A stretch of DNA of 64,000 nt from positions 690,659-754,658 of the forward strand of contig DATIBO010000006.1 of NCBI GenBank assembly GCA_035457485.1, in the 5' to 3' direction. A program made the translations under genes and the position numbers. Shown piece by piece: positions 29,114 through 37,269 of the stretch (its first letter is position 1; each line of letters opens with the position of its first letter). Source of the stretch: Candidatus Saccharimonadales bacterium (GTDB taxonomy: Bacteria > Patescibacteriota > Saccharimonadia > Saccharimonadales > EFPC-124). Below the pieces are notes generated by a model. It made no database searches and was not told the origin of the DNA. It worked only from the letters and a program-made list of their open reading frames with translations.

Positions 29114-29425
29114 CTAAGAGTGTTGGCCCCAATCTCGACCAATAAACCAATTGGGTTGCCATGTCACATATTGTCCTGGCTCAAAAGTGTCATCTAAAAC
29201 AGATATACTTACTAGTTGATCGGGCGTAATTGAAAGGGTATGATTTCCGTTCGGACTGTTGAGGTCATAGAAATGGTACCGATCTGGATTTGGACTTAAA
29301 TTTCTTCTCGATGGACCAAAATCAAAAGGAACACAAATTCGTTTTTTTGCCCCCTCGTCTTTGGAGCCGAACACAATTTCGACAAGCTTCTTTGCATGAA
29401 TGGCCGACAAAAATGTCTCTAGCAT
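29114..29425 (-). CDS. small beta-rich protein (WYL/SH3-barrel-like by pattern), first gene of the OLD operon
   Basis: 103 aa from the ATG at 29425, preceded by GGAGGG. RICVPFDFGPSRR..YHFYDL..HTLSITPDQLVSISVLDDTFEP. Only 6 nt before the OLD gene start. Confidence 0.5.
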   Translation of the reverse strand: MLETFLSAIHAKKLVEIVFGSKDEGAKKRICVPFDFGPSRRNLSPNPDRYHFYDLNSPNGNHTLSITPDQLVSISVLDDTFEPGQYVTWQPNWFIGRDWGQHS

Positions 29426-29571
29426 AACGCCCTCCGCGGTTTTTATTTCATAGTGCCTCACCGCACAATACACTATATCTAATCTACTCCTGTTATTCGC
29501 ATTTTACAACCAGCACAATTTGTGATACTGCTTATCCTTTAGGGCAAAAGGGATTCGAACTTTTTCGATGC

Positions 29572-29600
29572 AAAAAAGACTACAGTTCAATCTGTAGTCT
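29572..29600 (-). terminator. rho-independent terminator after tRNA-Gln
   Basis: The minus strand reads AGACTACAG-ATTGAA-CTGTAGTCT followed by TTTTTTG. Confidence 0.75.
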
Positions 29601-29614
29601 TTCTCATAATTTCA

Positions 29615-29689
29615 TGGCTGGGGAGGAGGGATTCGAACCCCCGAATGCCAGGACCAAAACCTGGTGCCTTACCACTTGGCGACTCCCCA
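29615..29689 (-). tRNA. tRNA-Gln (anticodon UUG), CCA encoded
   Basis: The minus strand reads TGGGGAGTCGCCAAGTGGTAAGGCACCAGGTTTTGGTCCTGGCATTCGGGGGTTCGAATCCCTCCTCCCCAGCCA. It folds as a cloverleaf with acceptor TGGGGAG/CTCCCCA, anticodon stem CCAGG/CCTGG, loop TTTTGGT and T-loop GTTCGAATC. Confidence 0.9.
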
Positions 29690-29823
29690 ATATATTGGGA
29701 TAACGGGGTAATTATACTAAATTTGTGGCTTTTCGCCAAGGGGTGGGGCAGGTAACTTATTATTAAATTATAAAGCTTATGTATAATGTATGTTTGTGTG
29801 TTAAATAAAAAGGAAGGGCATCT

Positions 29824-30267
29824 ATGCACGATTTTTTCAAAAAAATTACTCTTGGGATGGCAGCTCTAGCTACTGTTCTTAGCCTGGGAGCAATCACTAT
29901 GCCTGCGCAGGCTTCGGCGGCTAGCTGTGAACAGCCATATACTTTGCGTAAAGGTAGTAGGGGTATTTGCGTAAAATATCTACAAAGGATGTTAAATACG
30001 GCAAATGACGCGTTTAGGTATTCATCTAAGCCACGTCTTGATGTGGATGGGGTTTTTGGTGACAAAACTTACGCCAAAGTCGTGGCATACCAGGCTTTTG
30101 GACTCTTAACCCGCGATGGTGTTGTCGGTAAAAACACCTTCGATGAGCTCTGTAGCGATATTAAGTTGATTTACCTTAACCGACCCGATATAGCATCGAG
30201 TGGCGACGGTTACGTTGCAGCCGTAAACTCTGATTGCGCTTACTACTCAACCGGAAACAGGTACTAA
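29824..30267 (+). CDS. secreted peptidoglycan-binding domain (PG_binding_1) protein
   Basis: Signal peptide ending AQASA. VKYLQRMLN..LDVDGVFGDKTYAKVVAYQ..DGVVGKNT is the PGBD repeat pattern. Confidence 0.7.
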   Translation: MHDFFKKITLGMAALATVLSLGAITMPAQASAASCEQPYTLRKGSRGICVKYLQRMLNTANDAFRYSSKPRLDVDGVFGDKTYAKVVAYQAFGLLTRDGVVGKNTFDELCSDIKLIYLNRPDIASSGDGYVAAVNSDCAYYSTGNRY

Positions 30268-30315
30268 TGTGGTGGCATAGGGCTCGCGCTTGCGGGCCTT
30301 ATAGCTCTAAAATTA

Positions 30316-30801
30316 TCAGGAGTGTTTTGGCGAGATTTTACTGTAGCTGTAATCCTTAACTTTTCGCCAAACATGGCTTCGCGCGTCAAAACCGCGAAGC
30401 TCGCCACGGATCTTGCTGATCCTAACTAACGCTGGGTTATAAGGAGTCAGGTTACGGTAATAGCGCAAATCGTCATCGCTCACAATTGGCTTACCCGGGA
30501 ACATAGCCTTAAACTTTTCGCGCGCAATGCGATCAAAATACTCAGCTTCGCCATGTAGGGGCAAAAATTCCGCAGCTTCGCACCCCATACGTTGCACAAT
30601 TTTACGCACGTCATCTAAAAGTTGGATCCCTTGCGAAGTCATAAATAAATACACTTGACCACCAGCCTTAAAGATAGTGCCCTTAGACGTGGCGCTTGTT
30701 GGGATCGCGCGGGCAATGAGCTCTTTGACTTCCAGTTCAACGTCAAAATACTTACGGCATTGCCGCTCGATAGTGATTTCATCAAGCAATTCTTGGTTCA
30801 T
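30316..30801 (-). CDS. hypothetical protein
   Basis: 161-aa ORF. No motif recognised. Confidence 0.4.
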   Translation of the reverse strand: MNQELLDEITIERQCRKYFDVELEVKELIARAIPTSATSKGTIFKAGGQVYLFMTSQGIQLLDDVRKIVQRMGCEAAEFLPLHGEAEYFDRIAREKFKAMFPGKPIVSDDDLRYYRNLTPYNPALVRISKIRGELRGFDARSHVWRKVKDYSYSKISPKHS

Positions 30802-30899
30802 TTAATACTATTATATAATACTGCGGCAAAATATAAAGAACGCCCCATTTTTAGGGCGTTCTTTAAAATTTTTGTTTTACGCGTTAAGCTGCCGTAAAA

Positions 30900-31421
30900 C
30901 TACTTACCAGACTTCTTAGGTGCGGCTGAACCACCCAAGTAGTAACTTCGTATCTGAAACAAAAGGTATAAACCAATTGCCGATGCTAGCAAAGAGAATA
31001 GAAGTGAAAAGAAGTTAAAGTCTACAAAAATGTAGAGCACTGCATAAACAACGTTAATCAGCGAAGTCCAATAAACTAAATCCCAACCAAGCTTTTTGTG
31101 ATTTTTAAGGGGCGAAAACGCAGCAAGCAGCATCACTGCCTCAACTACAATCACAACCAGACTAACCCAAATTAGCCAACTAACGTTTTGAGTTGTTACC
31201 CCGTACCCATAAGAAGTGCTAAGTTCGTTTGCAACGTTAGTCCACTGGTTTGCAAAGGTAGCAAGCTGGAACAGACCCCATGCGCCAAGTAGCGACAGCA
31301 CGCCACCAACCAACGCAAGCCAAGGCATAGCCTTAACTAAAATACTCTTGCCAGAGTCCGGCAATTTAGCAGTTACCGTTTTAGTAAACAGGTCATTGAG
31401 TTTTTCCTCAATTTGATTCAT
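30900..31421 (-). CDS. membrane protein, unknown function
   Basis: 173 aa, 4 TM helices. A GC hairpin plus T-run lies at 30838-30861 downstream. Confidence 0.5.
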   Translation of the reverse strand: MNQIEEKLNDLFTKTVTAKLPDSGKSILVKAMPWLALVGGVLSLLGAWGLFQLATFANQWTNVANELSTSYGYGVTTQNVSWLIWVSLVVIVVEAVMLLAAFSPLKNHKKLGWDLVYWTSLINVVYAVLYIFVDFNFFSLLFSLLASAIGLYLLFQIRSYYLGGSAAPKKSGK

Positions 31422-31576
31422 AAAACCTCCAATATCTTGTTAATAGCATAACGCCACAAACCCAGCTAATGCAATAGTATTTATAAATTATGTAAATTAG
31501 ACTTACGCAATTGACACTATACCCAAAAATATCTAGTATTATTTTAACCTTGTTAAGCCACGTAAAGGCAGGGACT

Positions 31577-32509
31577 ATGTTAAAAACAACTTTAGTAAAA
31601 ATCTGCGGCTCAACTGATTTAGCTCATTTATATGAACATCTTTTTTACGACGCCTTAGTTCAGTTTATGACAGACCGAGGGTTAGTAAGTAGGCTGGATT
31701 ACTTTATACATGGTCGTGCGTTCGCTCCAGGCCTGATTCACTTTGATATAGATCTTTATACGGAAGAGGCCCAGAGTATTAAGAATGATCTAACCGAGCA
31801 GCGAATTAACACAGACGATCCTTCCGTTGCGGTCGCACTTCTACAACTGATGTCAGAAAACAAAACTTTATTCCACGGTAACAAGAAAATTTTCGAAGCA
31901 CTTGCCAAAGTAGATGAACAGCCTTGGCAAAATCTAGATTTGTTGAATACCCTTGATCTAAGTGCAAAAATACACGATGACCCGAATATTAATTTTAATC
32001 CAACAAAAGAAGAGCTGATTACAAGCACTCTTAAGTTGACTTTGAGTGCCGAGATACTTGAACAAAAACTAACGCCACTTTTTATAGTTGTTGGTCGAAT
32101 AATTCTGTCCAATCTTGAGAATACATTGATGGACACCTACGGATACTACGCTTTCGGTGAAAGTGGTAGAAAAAATAGCACTTCTTTGGGCTTAAGTAGC
32201 TTGTTTCGAGCTTCCTCAAAGCATCGCTTAAAATTGACCGAAGAGCTATCAGACTGCAAGGAAACTTTAGAGTGGTTGAACGGCATTGATTTTGCAAATA
32301 AGGCACATAGGCACCTAACTAGTTTAAATATACACTTACCGGATGAGCTAGAAATTTACGACGCTTCAAAGCTCTTAATTGGCAGAATCGGATGGCGAAA
32401 CATAGCTACGAAATCTAATATTCAAAAGGTTTTGGAGGCTGCAAAGCTAAACATTAAATACAATAAAGAAGATCAAGAGCTTGAGCTTTCTCAGATTTTT
32501 AGAAACTAA
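31577..32509 (+). CDS. hypothetical protein with an inverted-zincin HxxEH motif (M16/insulinase-like N-terminus)
   Basis: GSTDLAHLYEHLFYDAL resembles the GLAHFLEHMLF motif of M16 peptidases, but at ~310 aa the protein is far shorter than M16 enzymes. I prefer the ATG at 31577 over the TTG at 31511. Confidence 0.4.
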   Translation: MLKTTLVKICGSTDLAHLYEHLFYDALVQFMTDRGLVSRLDYFIHGRAFAPGLIHFDIDLYTEEAQSIKNDLTEQRINTDDPSVAVALLQLMSENKTLFHGNKKIFEALAKVDEQPWQNLDLLNTLDLSAKIHDDPNINFNPTKEELITSTLKLTLSAEILEQKLTPLFIVVGRIILSNLENTLMDTYGYYAFGESGRKNSTSLGLSSLFRASSKHRLKLTEELSDCKETLEWLNGIDFANKAHRHLTSLNIHLPDELEIYDASKLLIGRIGWRNIATKSNIQKVLEAAKLNIKYNKEDQELELSQIFRN

Positions 32510-32541
32510 CAAGCTTTGTAAACACACCCATAAAGGTTACA

Positions 32542-35500
32542 ATGTATGCCATGTCACAATTCGACCAATTGTTAAAGGCGTTAAATCCTGCTCAGCGCGA
32601 AGCTGTTGAAACCATTGAGGGACCAGTTTTAGTAGTTGCCGGCCCTGGCACAGGTAAAACTCAGCTTTTAAGCATGCGAGCGGCAGCAATTGTTAAGAAC
32701 ACCGACGCACTGCCTAGCAACATTTTATGCTTAACTTTTACAGAATCTGCGGCGGTGGCCATGCAACAACGCTTGGTCAAAATTATGGGATCTGAGGGTA
32801 ATCGTGTAGCTATTCATACCTTCCATAGCTTTGGAACAGAAATTATTAACCAAAACCCTGAATATTTTTATGGTGGGGCTAACTTTACGCCTGCCGATGA
32901 CATGACAAGCTATGAGCTACTCGAAGAAATCTTTAGTCAACTATCTCACAGTAACCCGTTATCCAAGACCATTAACGGCGAGTTCGCGGCAATTAAAGAC
33001 GTTCAGCAAGCAATCTCGCACTTAAAAAAAGCAGGGCTTTTACCCGACGAGCTGGCGGCGATCTTAAACAGCAACGACACATGGTGCGATAAAGCTGAAC
33101 CAAAAATCACCCAAATATTTCAAGATAAACGTCTTAGCAAGAAAGATTTTCCACTGATCGAAAAGCTCATGCAAGAGCTCCAGAATTTAACCCCGGAACG
33201 TACCGAAAAACTTTATGGTTTTGGCGATCTAGCCACACTTTGCTACAACAGCTTAGCTGCAGCCTATGATCAGGCTCTGGCTACTGGTAAGACCACAGCA
33301 ATTACTGCTTGGCGCAATTCTTGGTGCGAAAAAAACGGCCAGGGAAAGTTGGTTTTAAAAGATCGCAAACAAAATAAAAAACTACATGCTCTGGCAAAAA
33401 TTTACGACGAATATCGCAAAAAAATGGTCGAAAACCAACTGTTCGATTTTGATGACATGGTCAGCAACGTAGGCCACACCTTGGAGCAAAACCCAGAGCT
33501 CAGATTCGCCTTACAAGAGCAATATCTATACATCATGGTCGACGAGTTCCAGGACACAAACGGTGCCCAGCTCCGATTACTAGAAACCTTAGCCGATAGC
33601 CCAGTTAACGAAGGTCGCCCAAACATTTTGGCAGTAGGCGATGATGACCAAGCAATTTACGCATTTCAGGGAGCAGAGCTCAGTAACATTATTGACTTTA
33701 CTAATCGCTGGCGCAACGTAAAAATCATAACTTTAACCGACAACTACCGATCGACAACGCAAATTTTAGGTCATGCACGAACAGTTATTAAACAGGGCAA
33801 TAATCGCCTTGAGACCACTTTGCAGAATATAAATAAAGAGCTTAACGCACACAACACCAACCCTACGATTACGCAAATTCACGATTTTACCAGCCCTGAC
33901 GCCGAACTTAGATGGGTCGCCGAAAGTATTGCCCAAAGAATCAAAAGCGGCACTGAGCCAAACGAGATTGCCGTTTTAGCTCGCAATCACAAACAGCTAG
34001 TCAGGCTTGTTCCATTTTTGCGCGCTCAAAACATTAATATTACCTACGAGCGTCGCGATAACATTTTGGACCAGCCTCAAATCCGCGAACTACTCAACCT
34101 AGCTGAAACCGTTGTACATTTAGCAGAACAGCGTTTTGACCTGGTGGAGTCACACTTGCCCGAGCTCTTAAGCTATGATTTTTGGAACTTGAAAACAACC
34201 GAGCTCTGGAAGCTGTCGATAGACGCATACAAACAAAAACGTTTCTGGCTCGAGATAATGCTAGAGTCTGATGGCAAATTGAAAGAAATTGCCGAATTTT
34301 TGATCGTATCGTCACACCAATCGCTTCACGAGCCACTTGATAAAATGTTAGACATTTTAATAGGAGCTCAGGAAATTCAGGTCCCCGATGACAATGATAT
34401 AGAGCCAGACCGCCAAACTCTAACCGAAGACTACATTTCACCTTACCGAGCGCACTATTTTAACGAGCAACAACTCACCCAACACCCCGCGGAATATCTA
34501 AAACTGCTAGCCGATCTACGGACCCTGCGCCGCGCAACAAAGAACTATCGCCCAACTTCGGATCTCAACCTAGCTAACTTGGTAGATCTAATGGGCTTAC
34601 ATCAAAAAACTGGCACACAGATTATAAGCAGTGGGCAGCATTCAGAGACTAAAAACAACGTAACTTTAATGACCGCACATAAATCAAAGGGCTTGGAGTT
34701 TGACACGGTTTACGTAATTAACTGCCAAGATGAAATTTGGGGACGAAAAACACGCCACCGAAACAGTAGCGTAAACTTTCCGCATAATATGCCGATCAAA
34801 CCCGCAGGCACCAGCTACGATGATTCGCTTCGGCTTTTCTTTGTGGCAATGACTAGAGCTAAACACCACTTAAACCTTAGCTGGTACGCGGCCGATGGCA
34901 ACGGTAAACAGAGTTCATTGGCGGAATTTTTGCACCAGAATACCTTAGAATGCTGCCAACACACAGACGACGAGAAAGCTGAGTTCTCCTTATTAACCCC
35001 GGGCTGGGAACAACGCTGGCTTGGCGCCGATCACGCAACTCAACAAGATTTACTTGCACCAGTGCTGGAAAAGTACAAACTTAGTGCAACTCACTTAAAT
35101 AATTTTATAGATGTCACTCGTGGGGGACCACAAGCGTTTTTGCTGCAAAATTTATTGCGCTTCCCGCAGGCGATGACCCCAAGCCAGGTCTTTGGACAGG
35201 CTATTCACGCGGTTTTGCAACGCGCGCACACTCACTTAGCCGCGACCGGAGAACAACGCCCGATCGAAGACATTCTGCACGATTTCGAAATTCAACTTCA
35301 ACAGTCACGTCTTGGGGAATCCACGTTTGAACAGCAGCTTGAAAAGGGTAGTGCAGTTCTACAAGCTTATTTGGCAAAAAATTACCATACTTTTAAGGTT
35401 AATCAAAAAGCGGAGCGCAACTTTTACAGCCAAAATATTCTGGTTAATGGCGCTAAACTAACCGGCGCAATCGATTTAATGGAAATCGACAAAACAGCTA

Positions 35501-35871
35501 AAGCCGTAGTCGTAACGGATTACAAGACTGGTAAAGGCATGACTAGCTGGCAGGGCAAAACTGACTTCGACAAAATAAAATTACATAAATACAAACAGCA
35601 GCTCATGTTCTATAAAATTTTGGTCGAGGAATCCCGCGACTTCGCAGGTTACAAAGTTAACCAAGGTGTGTTGGAATTTGTGGAACCATCGGAAAGCGGT
35701 GATCTATACAAGCTTGAATTCAACTTCGATGAGCTTGAACTTGAAAACTTTAAAAAGCTAATTACTGCAATTTGGCAAAAAATTATAAATTTGGATTTTG
35801 TAGATACGTCAAAGTTTGAGCCAACTTACAAAGGCATTTTGGAATTTGAAAAGAGTTTAATAGATCCTTAA
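32542..35871 (+). CDS. UvrD/PcrA/AddA-type SF1 helicase with C-terminal PD-(D/E)XK nuclease domain
   Basis: 1109 aa. Motif I AGPGTGKTQ, II VDEFQDTN, IV DNYRST, V/VI TAHKSKGLEFDTVYV and FFVAMTRAKHHL. Nuclease motifs GAIDLMEID..VVTDYKTGK..YKQQLMFY. Confidence 0.8.
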   Translation: MYAMSQFDQLLKALNPAQREAVETIEGPVLVVAGPGTGKTQLLSMRAAAIVKNTDALPSNILCLTFTESAAVAMQQRLVKIMGSEGNRVAIHTFHSFGTEIINQNPEYFYGGANFTPADDMTSYELLEEIFSQLSHSNPLSKTINGEFAAIKDVQQAISHLKKAGLLPDELAAILNSNDTWCDKAEPKITQIFQDKRLSKKDFPLIEKLMQELQNLTPERTEKLYGFGDLATLCYNSLAAAYDQALATGKTTAITAWRNSWCEKNGQGKLVLKDRKQNKKLHALAKIYDEYRKKMVENQLFDFDDMVSNVGHTLEQNPELRFALQEQYLYIMVDEFQDTNGAQLRLLETLADSPVNEGRPNILAVGDDDQAIYAFQGAELSNIIDFTNRWRNVKIITLTDNYRSTTQILGHARTVIKQGNNRLETTLQNINKELNAHNTNPTITQIHDFTSPDAELRWVAESIAQRIKSGTEPNEIAVLARNHKQLVRLVPFLRAQNINITYERRDNILDQPQIRELLNLAETVVHLAEQRFDLVESHLPELLSYDFWNLKTTELWKLSIDAYKQKRFWLEIMLESDGKLKEIAEFLIVSSHQSLHEPLDKMLDILIGAQEIQVPDDNDIEPDRQTLTEDYISPYRAHYFNEQQLTQHPAEYLKLLADLRTLRRATKNYRPTSDLNLANLVDLMGLHQKTGTQIISSGQHSETKNNVTLMTAHKSKGLEFDTVYVINCQDEIWGRKTRHRNSSVNFPHNMPIKPAGTSYDDSLRLFFVAMTRAKHHLNLSWYAADGNGKQSSLAEFLHQNTLECCQHTDDEKAEFSLLTPGWEQRWLGADHATQQDLLAPVLEKYKLSATHLNNFIDVTRGGPQAFLLQNLLRFPQAMTPSQVFGQAIHAVLQRAHTHLAATGEQRPIEDILHDFEIQLQQSRLGESTFEQQLEKGSAVLQAYLAKNYHTFKVNQKAERNFYSQNILVNGAKLTGAIDLMEIDKTAKAVVVTDYKTGKGMTSWQGKTDFDKIKLHKYKQQLMFYKILVEESRDFAGYKVNQGVLEFVEPSESGDLYKLEFNFDELELENFKKLITAIWQKIINLDFVDTSKFEPTYKGILEFEKSLIDP

Positions 35872-36005
35872 GTAAATATTTATAGGTTATAATAATGTAA
35901 ACCATCCTCGCTTACCGAAAGGGGAGTGGATGGATAAGTACAGTCACTCAATGTCAGCTGCCAACACCGCTATTAGCGCTAGATGTCAACTGGATGGAGG
36001 TAAAA

Positions 36006-36197
36006 ATGCCCCGCGATCCACGCTGGGGTAAGGGTCAGGACAACCACGTCCACGGAGCCGGCTGCTACGTTCAGAATTGTGGGATGCAGGAACACCAGCA
36101 TAGCGATTCCTGCTACAACCAAGACTACAGACTGAAGTGCGGCAGCACGATGCACCACCACTCCATGAGATGTAGGACCCTGAACTGCCCCAAGTGA
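36006..36197 (+). CDS. 63-aa Cys/His-rich small protein (putative metal-binding), GC-rich islet
   Basis: GGAGG SD 5 nt upstream of the ATG at 36006. The motif C-G-x3-H-x-H-x3-C occurs twice (CGMQEHQHSDSC, CGSTMHHHSMRC). Followed by its own terminator. Confidence 0.5.
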   Translation: MPRDPRWGKGQDNHVHGAGCYVQNCGMQEHQHSDSCYNQDYRLKCGSTMHHHSMRCRTLNCPK

Positions 36198-36202
36198 CTC
36201 CC

Positions 36203-36245
36203 GGCCCGCGTTTTGTTTGACACAAGCGCGGGCCATCTTTTATTG
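36203..36245 (+). terminator. terminator hairpin after the Cys/His gene
   Basis: GGCCCGCG (36203-36210) pairs with CGCGGGCC (36227-36234), followed by ATCTTTTATT. Confidence 0.6.
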
Positions 36246-36280
36246 AAATTATGCTGTATTTATTTTATAATATTCATAAC

Positions 36281-37222
36281 ATGAACTTCTGGCAAAATTT
36301 ACCGAAGCCTTTTTTTGTGCTCGCACCAATGGACGCCGTAACAGACACGGTTTTTAGACATGTTGTAGCAAAAGCAGCTCCGCCAGATGTTTACTTTACC
36401 GAGTTCACAAACACTGCGGCGTTTTATAGTGAGTTTGGACGCAAAAGCACTGAAACCAGACTGTTGTTTACTTCTGACGAACAGCCAATGGTCGCGCAAA
36501 TTTGGGGCACAAACCCAGAGCACTACGCATTTATGGCCAAAAATTTAGCCAAAATGGGATTTGCCGGGATTGATATTAACATGGGGTGTCCAGCAAAGGA
36601 TGTTGTAAAAACCGGCGCGTGCTCGGCCTTGATCGAGAACCCTGAGCTGGCCGCTAAACTCATCGCCGCAGCAAAGGAAGGTGGTTTGCCAGTAAGCGTA
36701 AAAACTCGCATAGGTTTTAAAACTCGCAAAACCGAAGAATGGATCAGCTTTTTATTAAACCAAGATCTTGCGGCGCTAACCGTTCATGGGCGTATCCAAA
36801 AAGATATGAGCATTCCACCAGCAGACTGGGACGAAATTGCCAAAGCCGTAAAAATGAGAGACAAAATAGCTCCGCAAACTTTAATAATTGGTAATGGCGA
36901 TGTCTTAAGCAAGCAGCACGGTATTGAGCTCGCCAAAAAAACTGGGGTGGATGGAATAATGATCGGACGTGGCGTTTTTACAAACCCATATTGCTTCGAG
37001 GAGTTACCCACCGAGCATAGCAGACAAGAACTTTTAGAATTACTGAAATTCCACTTGGATTTATATGAAAAAACTTGGCAGGGCCGTAAGATGCCTTTTG
37101 CACCACTAAAACGGTTCTTTAAGATTTACGTTCGTGACTTTGACGGCGCGGTCGATTTGCGCGTTTCGCTAATGGAAACAAAAAATATAGATGAAGTTCG
37201 TCAGATTTTAGCAAAAATCTAG
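36281..37222 (+). CDS. dus: tRNA-dihydrouridine synthase
   Basis: Motifs FVLAPMDAVTD, INMGCPAKDVVK (catalytic Cys) and HGRI. ATG at 36281 preferred over 36251. Confidence 0.85.
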   Translation: MNFWQNLPKPFFVLAPMDAVTDTVFRHVVAKAAPPDVYFTEFTNTAAFYSEFGRKSTETRLLFTSDEQPMVAQIWGTNPEHYAFMAKNLAKMGFAGIDINMGCPAKDVVKTGACSALIENPELAAKLIAAAKEGGLPVSVKTRIGFKTRKTEEWISFLLNQDLAALTVHGRIQKDMSIPPADWDEIAKAVKMRDKIAPQTLIIGNGDVLSKQHGIELAKKTGVDGIMIGRGVFTNPYCFEELPTEHSRQELLELLKFHLDLYEKTWQGRKMPFAPLKRFFKIYVRDFDGAVDLRVSLMETKNIDEVRQILAKI

Positions 37223-37269
37223 CATAAGCGATCTCTATTTGATAAGCTAGTGTCAAGTAAGGGGTAAAT

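Noticed and set aside
27212-35871. Reading the OLD nuclease plus the UvrD-like helicase as a Gabija (GajA/GajB) system.
   Set aside because: - The helicase is 3.4 kb away on the opposite strand.
- It is separated from the OLD gene by a tRNA and four unrelated genes.
- It is a 1109-aa helicase-nuclease rather than a ~500-aa GajB-like protein.
- The OLD gene is instead translationally coupled to two other genes.
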